This document shows positions 18,977-25,718 of a DNA stretch of 64,000 nt, one piece after another. The translations under genes were made by a program, and so were the position numbers. The DNA lies in NCBI GenBank assembly GCA_903879985.1, contig CAIRNR010000004.1, positions 96,762-160,761 on the forward strand. The letters are read 5' to 3'. Below the pieces are notes generated by a model. The model searched no databases and was not told the origin of the DNA. It was given only the letters and a program-made list of their open reading frames with translations. Each line of letters opens with the position of its first letter. The first letter of the stretch is position 1. Source of the DNA: an uncultured candidate division WWE3 bacterium (GTDB taxonomy: Bacteria > Patescibacteriota > WWE3 > UBA101185 > UBA10185).

Positions 18977-20680
18977 TTACCAGCTTCCACCGCCTCCGCC
19001 ACCACCACCGCCGCCTGAGAAACCCCCACTAAAACCACTGCCAAATCCGGAACTTGATCTTGTCGCTGTAGCAGCTTGCACAGTGTCTCCCATGGAGTGT
19101 GTGAATGCTGTAATCAATAACAAATTCTCACCGTCATACCAATCGGCTTTATATGTGGAGATATCTTTAAATTTGCCCACCCAGATCTTTTCGCATCCAA
19201 AGGCTGTTGCGTAAGGTAGCAACTTTTCAAAAAACATTTGATTTTGAGCCTGAAAATCTAATTGCTCGGTTTGAGAGGCTAAAAAGTTTTTCAGAGATAC
19301 TGCTTCGGAATATTTTTCTATACCTAAATCTGTGCGTCTAGCTGATTTACGACCCCAAAATATCGACAATATTGTTAAAGGTATGTTTAGACCAAAGTAT
19401 AAGGATAATACGCTTAAAGTAGTAAAGAACGTATCAACTGTTGAAGGATTTTCCTTATAGAAGCCGCGTGTTTTTAAATCCTTCAGAACTTCTTTTTTAT
19501 ACGTAACAATGCTGTCCGAAAAAGCTGTGGGTTTTTTCAAACTGTTCATTGAAACTGTATCACTGCCAAATATGCCTGCAAAAAGTTTTACTTCTTTATC
19601 ACCAATGCTTTCTCCAATTTCCAAATCTTTTATTTTTGTAAGGCTAATATCGTCGGTTCCTTTTTGAGTTATTTTCAAATAGCCCTTTTGAGCAAGCCAA
19701 ATAATAAGTGCCACGACATCTCTGTTATCCATTGTAGAGTCTATCAGCGCCCCTACTTCTGCAGGATTAAGAGGAACACCTTTGGCGTCATTAGGTGGTT
19801 GAAACCATGCAGCAACTATTTTCTGCTTTTTCTTTATATTCATTTTTTCGCTGATTATGCGAAACAGAACAAATCCCGGAATAAGTAAATACCAGATGAT
19901 TGATCCGATGCTAAATATAATAGTTTGTACAATTGTAAATGCGACGCCAGTGAGATCGTTTGATGGAACTGGTTCTATAACGGCGACTAATCCTTTTGGA
20001 AATCCTGCTACTGTTGATAGTCCCTCACCAACTGAAAGATCCGTTGCGGAATAATCGTATGTTCCAAATGCATAGCTTGAGGTGCAATCTTTGGCTTTAC
20101 TTCCGACCACTCCTGTGTAACAGGTTGTATTTGTATTTTGAGAAGAAACTGATTTGGGTAGTACTACTTCTGACGTTGCATATAAAATTGGAACTGTCCA
20201 ACCATTTCCTGTGGTATTCCAATAAAGTTCATCGTGGTCACTGAAATAGGTAATTGCTCCTGAAACAGTGTAGTTAATTACGTATGTGTGTAAGCCGGTA
20301 ATAGTTGCATTCGGATCACCAACTTTTAGTGTTATCTGTCCCCCACTTTGCTCTGTTGTGTATTTATATGGACGGCCATAGGAATCCGTAATTGAAGTAA
20401 CATCTATAGTTAGTTTGTATTTTTTGCCGTCACTATTTTGTTTTACGTAAGAAATATATCTGTAGATACCGTGTTTTTGTAAATTACCAAAATCGTAATC
20501 AATTGTTTCTGTAACTGCTATTGTTCCATCTGAGTTTACTTTTACTTGGGAATCAAAAGATGAAATATTTTCCGCCGGAGGAGTAAGTACATGCTTAGTC
20601 GTTTGCGCATATACAACATGGGAAGTAATCAAGGTAAAAAAAACAATACCAACGCTAAATGCGAATATTTTTAATTTCAT
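18977..20680 (-). CDS. DUF2207-like membrane protein with glycine-rich C-terminal tail
   Basis: Signal peptide (..VVYA/QT), a large ectodomain, two TM helices and a C-terminal SGFGSGFSGGFSGGGGGGGGGGSW tail. This architecture is typical of the DUF2207 family; that attribution is from memory. Confidence 0.45.
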   Translation of the reverse strand: MKLKIFAFSVGIVFFTLITSHVVYAQTTKHVLTPPAENISSFDSQVKVNSDGTIAVTETIDYDFGNLQKHGIYRYISYVKQNSDGKKYKLTIDVTSITDSYGRPYKYTTEQSGGQITLKVGDPNATITGLHTYVINYTVSGAITYFSDHDELYWNTTGNGWTVPILYATSEVVLPKSVSSQNTNTTCYTGVVGSKAKDCTSSYAFGTYDYSATDLSVGEGLSTVAGFPKGLVAVIEPVPSNDLTGVAFTIVQTIIFSIGSIIWYLLIPGFVLFRIISEKMNIKKKQKIVAAWFQPPNDAKGVPLNPAEVGALIDSTMDNRDVVALIIWLAQKGYLKITQKGTDDISLTKIKDLEIGESIGDKEVKLFAGIFGSDTVSMNSLKKPTAFSDSIVTYKKEVLKDLKTRGFYKENPSTVDTFFTTLSVLSLYFGLNIPLTILSIFWGRKSARRTDLGIEKYSEAVSLKNFLASQTEQLDFQAQNQMFFEKLLPYATAFGCEKIWVGKFKDISTYKADWYDGENLLLITAFTHSMGDTVQAATATRSSSGFGSGFSGGFSGGGGGGGGGGSW

Positions 20681-20736
20681 TGTTAAATTATATATAAAGC
20701 CTGCGGAAAAAAAAGGGACAGTAATAGCTAAATTAC

Positions 20737-20949
20737 TTATTTCTTTTTCTTTTTTGCTTTATACGTGCTAATGCCTAACAACGAATACACGCCACAATAT
20801 CCCACTACACCAGTTATTAGTAACATAGTACCAAGAACAGCTGCTACTAACTGAACTGTGCCTGTTAAGAAGAACGCAGCTAAGAATAAACTCGTTACTC
20901 CTGCTGTGGTACGTATTCCTCTATCAAAATTACTTTCATTTACTTTCAT
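20737..20949 (-). CDS. small membrane protein (DUF2892/YgaP-like)
   Basis: 70 aa, two TM segments with a conserved-looking G..C..Y.LLG.ST pattern and a poly-Lys C-terminus. Confidence 0.4.
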   Translation of the reverse strand: MKVNESNFDRGIRTTAGVTSLFLAAFFLTGTVQLVAAVLGTMLLITGVVGYCGVYSLLGISTYKAKKKKK

Positions 20950-21058
20950 TGTATTTCCCCTTAAATATTTACTTAATTAATGATACACATTTTTGTTATA
21001 CTCTGTATATACTTTGAAAACATATCAATGAAAGACTACACACTAAGGAGAGTGCACC

Positions 21059-21553
21059 ATGTCTTTTTCAAACGATTCCGTAAATGCAATTTGGAAAAGG
21101 TCTGGAGGGCCATTGGCAAAATGTTTTACATGCGGAAGAAAATGTGCCGATGGTTGGAATCTAGATGCAAGTCACATGGATCACACGAAAAATCATGATT
21201 ACGATGATCCTACGCGAGGTCAACTTGAATGTCTTTGGTGCCATCTGACCAGACACGTTAGATATTATTATGAGTATTGTTTAAAGGAGGATAGTTCTAA
21301 GAAAAGGTTGAGAGAAAATCGTTATATGTGTCATGCATTGGTTATGCGTATTTTAGCAGGAGAAGATCGGCATGAGCGCGGACCAGTACCAAGAACACAT
21401 AAAGAAATTAAGACAACAAGGAAAGAGCTTGTGGTTTTGATTGAAGCAGAGTTTAAAAAAGCAAGAAAAGCCGCGAAAAAGAATAACTTTAAGGAAAAAC
21501 CACTTATAAAGGCGGAGGAGAAAATCTTAGAACTTTGCTACATGATCCGTTAG
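21059..21553 (+). CDS. HNH endonuclease
   Basis: CFTCGRKC..DASHMDH..N..(N)..LECLWCH, a zinc-finger-embedded H-N-H catalytic motif. Strong RBS (AAGGAGAG) before ATG 21059. Free-standing gene. Confidence 0.6.
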   Translation: MSFSNDSVNAIWKRSGGPLAKCFTCGRKCADGWNLDASHMDHTKNHDYDDPTRGQLECLWCHLTRHVRYYYEYCLKEDSSKKRLRENRYMCHALVMRILAGEDRHERGPVPRTHKEIKTTRKELVVLIEAEFKKARKAAKKNNFKEKPLIKAEEKILELCYMIR

Positions 21554-21588
21554 GTTAGTTTTAGTTTAGCAGGTAATAGCTTTTGGCT

Positions 21589-22929
21589 TTATCTGCTTTT
21601 TTTGTTTTCGTCTGCCACAAACTTTATGACCCGATGTAAAGCTTCAACCATTTTTTCTTTATTATTAGTAAATGTCAGCCTATACCAATTGCCACAATCT
21701 TTTGGCATATCAAAAGCTTCCCCTGGTGCCAAAACAACGCCTGTATTAAAAAACATTTTCTTAAAAAAATCGTATGTAGTACCTGTGTGGTCAATTTTTA
21801 AACCCATGTTTATTCCTGCATCAGGTACTATTGCTTTAATGTATGGGGAGGCCTTAAGTTCGCTTAAAACTAAGTCTCTATAATCAATATATTCTGAAAT
21901 TGTTTCTTTTACTTCTCTAGTGTATTGAGGAAGTTCCTTGGAATAGTTGCCTATAATTTCAAATTCACGTGAGTTTTCTTTTTTTCTAGAATCATCTATA
22001 TCGTAACCGCCTTTCATTAATGTTCTTAGCAAAATATCTTTAACTATAAAATTATCAAAAACTGTGGGCGGACACGTATATGATGTGTCTACAATCAAGT
22101 TTAGTTCGTTCATTAATGCTTCACTGCCAAGAACATATCCCATGCGTATTCCAGGGGCTGCACGATCCTTAGAAAATGCTTTAACTCGTATTATGTAGTC
22201 TTGGTTTTGGTTAACAGACCCAATATTTGGTACCGGTTTAAAACCCATGTCGTAAAATATTTCGTCAACAATTATGTAAATCTTTTTTTCGTTAGAAAGT
22301 GTAACGAGTCTTTCAAGTTCGGTTTCACTAAAGAATTTTCCAAATGGAAAGCTTGGGTTGGTTAAAATAATAAAACGAGTTTCAGAATCAATACTATTTT
22401 CAATGTCTTCTATTGTTGGCAAAAATCCTCGATCTTCTTTACCACAAACCTTTACGATTTTAAATTTCTTCCAAAGTACTCCTTCGTATACAGGGTATGC
22501 TGGTTGGACCAAAATGGCGTTGCCTTTGTATTTATAATGCTGAAGTAATACTTTTAGCGACATGGAAAAACCACCAGTAGAACTAAGCACCATAGCCACG
22601 TTATTTTCGGTAAACCGATTGATACCTTGAATATAGTTTTCGTATTTGGCTATAACATCCCGAACAAAAGGATTTCCTAGCTGGTGTGTGTAGCTGAAAT
22701 AAGATTTTTTAACTGATTCACTTAAAACTTCTGTTAAACATGTGGGAATTGGAAACTCATCGCGATCTACGTCACCTCCACCAAGATGCATGTAAAACCC
22801 AAGTTGTTTTTGAATTTTTCCGGAATAGTCTAACCAATCCCTAATATATTGGTGATAGTATCGAAAAGCGTAAGGTACACGATTATCTAAAATCGTCGGT
22901 GTATAAGAACCTTTAAGAGGTTTATTCAT
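21589..22929 (-). CDS. class I/II PLP-dependent aminotransferase
   Basis: AFSKDRAAPGIRMGYVLG matches the SxSKxxxxxGxRxG PLP-lysine motif. About 440 aa fold-type I. Separated from the upstream ORF by a 9-nt gap. Confidence 0.7.
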   Translation of the reverse strand: MNKPLKGSYTPTILDNRVPYAFRYYHQYIRDWLDYSGKIQKQLGFYMHLGGGDVDRDEFPIPTCLTEVLSESVKKSYFSYTHQLGNPFVRDVIAKYENYIQGINRFTENNVAMVLSSTGGFSMSLKVLLQHYKYKGNAILVQPAYPVYEGVLWKKFKIVKVCGKEDRGFLPTIEDIENSIDSETRFIILTNPSFPFGKFFSETELERLVTLSNEKKIYIIVDEIFYDMGFKPVPNIGSVNQNQDYIIRVKAFSKDRAAPGIRMGYVLGSEALMNELNLIVDTSYTCPPTVFDNFIVKDILLRTLMKGGYDIDDSRKKENSREFEIIGNYSKELPQYTREVKETISEYIDYRDLVLSELKASPYIKAIVPDAGINMGLKIDHTGTTYDFFKKMFFNTGVVLAPGEAFDMPKDCGNWYRLTFTNNKEKMVEALHRVIKFVADENKKSR

Positions 22930-22938
22930 GTTTAATTT

Positions 22939-24042
22939 CTAGTTAATTTGATCAAAGACCAGAGATTTATCCAAGTTTTTAGGATCCCTAATAAACGCTA
23001 TGGCCTCAGTTGTGCTTAAAATAGGAATTAAATATTTTTCACGTTCATCTAGGGCAACTCGTGGACAAAGTGTTGAAACTAAAATATCAAAATCTGTGCT
23101 ATTAATCGAATCAGAGTTAAAGAAATCTACCAGCACTATATCTGTTATGTATCCGCCTTTTTCATATTCTTTTTGAAGCTTTAATAATGATTCCATGCGA
23201 GATTGCCCAAACTTATTGCTGATTATAAAACCAACCTTTTTAGCTTTTTTAAGCTGCTGTTTGAGCGCTGTTAGTTTTGTTCTGTGTAGCTTCAGAAGTT
23301 TTTTATACTCATAAATATTCGTATCTCCTGACACCGGATCAAAGCATATAACATCTTTATGGGTAGCTAAAGACACAGGTAAAGCGTGAAAACCTCCGCC
23401 TTCAAACATTACAAACACGTCTACTTTGTCCATAACTTTTGTGGCCGAAGATGGATTACATCCTAAAACTTGACCTGCAAATCCAACGCGATCAGTACCT
23501 TTACCAACGAAAACATTTATACCTGCTGCGGTTAAAGCTTTTTTAGCTATTGGAACATTTTTAATATATTGAACTGAGCTTATTAATCCAATGTTTTCAA
23601 TTTTATTTTTACTTAAGTAAGCCACAGCTTTTGTAATTTGATCGTCGATACCGATTTTCATGTATAAAGGTACATAAACAACTTTAAATTTCTTTGGGAG
23701 AATTCTATTACTAATAGCAACGTTTCCAAAGTGAATTATTTTATTAATGCCTAATGTCTCGAATTGATAGTACTTAATGTCGCAAGCACCAAAGCAAGTG
23801 TCACCGGATAATATTATCTTTGTATTAAGAGATTTTTCCAGGTATGCGATTAAATCGTGTGAAAACTTTTTTAATCCTTCAGGGATTTCTAAGCCTACTA
23901 ATGCATCTTTTACAGTACCAAGCTCGGTTTTAATTCTATCTATTTCTAGTTCGTATTTGTCTAGGAAATCCTCAAAACTCTCGTAGTCGGGATGTAAACG
24001 ATTAACAAAAGGCTTAGAAGTATGATGATAAGGCTCAATCAT
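22939..24042 (-). CDS. Dph2-like (diphthamide-synthase-family / 3-amino-3-carboxypropyl transferase-like) protein, tentative
   Basis: ILSGDTCFGACDIKYY resembles the GD(V/T)xYGACC signature of the Dph1/Dph2 non-canonical radical-SAM family. Three spaced Cys (C83/C87, C195, C233) over about 360 aa fit its three-domain layout. The attribution is from memory of the Pfam signature only. Confidence 0.3.
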   Translation of the reverse strand: MIEPYHHTSKPFVNRLHPDYESFEDFLDKYELEIDRIKTELGTVKDALVGLEIPEGLKKFSHDLIAYLEKSLNTKIILSGDTCFGACDIKYYQFETLGINKIIHFGNVAISNRILPKKFKVVYVPLYMKIGIDDQITKAVAYLSKNKIENIGLISSVQYIKNVPIAKKALTAAGINVFVGKGTDRVGFAGQVLGCNPSSATKVMDKVDVFVMFEGGGFHALPVSLATHKDVICFDPVSGDTNIYEYKKLLKLHRTKLTALKQQLKKAKKVGFIISNKFGQSRMESLLKLQKEYEKGGYITDIVLVDFFNSDSINSTDFDILVSTLCPRVALDEREKYLIPILSTTEAIAFIRDPKNLDKSLVFDQIN

Positions 24043-24072
24043 TGGGTGTATTCTAGCACAAGATGTAAAGAG

Positions 24073-25089
24073 TTACTTAATGTTGTACCAACCGTCTGGA
24101 AACAACGAGTTTGAAACAGCCTCTCCGTATTCTCCTGTTTTACAATGGTTAATAGGTTGAAGCTTTATTTTTTGCCAACTTTGCACGCCTTGTAGAAATT
24201 CGCTTCCATCATTACTAACATTGGATATCTGCCATGGAAAGTTTCCTGTTCCGTCGTCTATTTTTATATTAACCTTATCAGCGCCATACTGTGTCCATGT
24301 AAGGAGCATTCCCGCTTTTCCTTCTTTTTGTGAGGATTGAAGTTTAATCCATGTTGGCGAATATGGCTTTTTCCAAAGGCAACGTGTATCTTTTTTAAAG
24401 GTTTTAACGTTTGCACTTGCACGTGATTCGGTCACTTCTCCCCAATATAAGCTTTGTGGATTGTTGAATTCTCCTTCTGAATTATTTAAGCCATTTAAAA
24501 TTGATGCGGTGTAGTTACCCGTGCCATCAGTTATGCCTACAGTTACTGGTTGAGAAAATTGATCGGGGTTATCGCCGTAGTTTAGTTGAAAATTTCCATT
24601 TGGATATAAAACTAATTCTGAGTTTACGCGTATAGAACTACCTAAAAAAGTATTTTCCCAACGTACAACAAATCTAGAAGAATTTGAATCAATATAAATG
24701 TCATCATTTGGGAAATCACCATTATATGTATCCATGTCAGCGTCGTTAACTAAGATTCTTTTAATTCCATCTGTATTATCCGTTATATCCATCTCATAGT
24801 TATCCATATTATCGTCATATCCTTCATCAGGTTGATCGCTAAAGGCAACGGATGAGTTTGATGTTACCCATATCTTATTGTAAGTTTTGCCATAAAAGGT
24901 AAATGGAAACGGAAGTGTGTATTCAAAAAATTCATCGTCTTCATGAAAATTTTGTGCTGTTCCCCCGGTAATAAATGATTGAGGTATTTGGTGTTCTACT
25001 GTGGTCTCATCGGCAGCATAGGCTAAAGGGCTAAGCGTGAAAACTGAAATTAGAGCTATGCTTAAAACGGCAGCAACTTTAATCTTCAT
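24073..25089 (-). CDS. secreted protein with the shared ~105-aa C-terminal domain
   Basis: Signal peptide at the internal Met (MKIKVAAVLSIALISVFTLSPLAYA/ADE). C-terminal KTFKKDTRCLWKKP..TW..LTWTQYGADKVNIKIDDGTGNFPW..NDG..VQSWQKIKLQPINHCKTG..GWYN is about 60% identical to the C-terminus of ORF 25701..28409. Confidence 0.55.
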   Translation of the reverse strand: MKIKVAAVLSIALISVFTLSPLAYAADETTVEHQIPQSFITGGTAQNFHEDDEFFEYTLPFPFTFYGKTYNKIWVTSNSSVAFSDQPDEGYDDNMDNYEMDITDNTDGIKRILVNDADMDTYNGDFPNDDIYIDSNSSRFVVRWENTFLGSSIRVNSELVLYPNGNFQLNYGDNPDQFSQPVTVGITDGTGNYTASILNGLNNSEGEFNNPQSLYWGEVTESRASANVKTFKKDTRCLWKKPYSPTWIKLQSSQKEGKAGMLLTWTQYGADKVNIKIDDGTGNFPWQISNVSNDGSEFLQGVQSWQKIKLQPINHCKTGEYGEAVSNSLFPDGWYNIK

Positions 25090-25139
25090 AGCATAATAAT
25101 GATAAAGTTTTGCTGAGAAGTCAACATGATAGATGATGC

Positions 25140-25145
25140 TATAAT
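25140..25145 (+). promoter_or_regulatory. -10 hexamer TATAAT; probable leaderless transcript for the peroxiredoxin gene
   Basis: TATAAT ends 6 nt before ATG 25152 with no SD in between. Confidence 0.3.
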
Positions 25146-25151
25146 TCAATT

Positions 25152-25718
25152 ATGACAAACCAAATAGGAAAACAAATAGCAAACGCAAATTTTGAGATTT
25201 ATTTCGAGGACAAATTCTCTAAAGTTAAGTTCACAGACTACATAGGAAAATGGTTAGTTCTTCTTTTTTATCCCGCTGATTTTACATTTGTATGCCCTAC
25301 TGAACTCAGTGAAGCGGCTTCCTTTTACGAACAGTTTAAAAACTTAAATGCTGAAATAATTAGCGTTTCCACCGACACTGTTTATAGTCATAAAGCCTGG
25401 CATGATTCATCTAAGGTTATAGCAACAATTTCCTATCCAATGGCAGCAGATAAAACCGGAGAACTTTGCAAAATGTTTGGTACCTATATCGAGGAAGAAG
25501 GTTTATCTTTACGCGGAACATTTATAATTGATCCGGACGGAAAATTAATTTCAAGTGATATTCACAGTAACGATATTGGCAGAAGCACCGAAGAAATATT
25601 ACGAAAATTACAAGCAGCAATTTATGTTAGAGAAAATCATGGTGAAGTTTGTCCTGCTTCATGGAAACCTGGTAAAGCTACACTAAAGCCAGGTGTGGAT
25701 TTAGTTGGAAAGATCTAA
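25152..25718 (+). CDS. 2-Cys peroxiredoxin (AhpC/TSA family)
   Basis: Peroxidatic Cys motif FTFVCPTE and a resolving Cys region (GEVCPASW). Confidence 0.85.
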   Translation: MTNQIGKQIANANFEIYFEDKFSKVKFTDYIGKWLVLLFYPADFTFVCPTELSEAASFYEQFKNLNAEIISVSTDTVYSHKAWHDSSKVIATISYPMAADKTGELCKMFGTYIEEEGLSLRGTFIIDPDGKLISSDIHSNDIGRSTEEILRKLQAAIYVRENHGEVCPASWKPGKATLKPGVDLVGKI

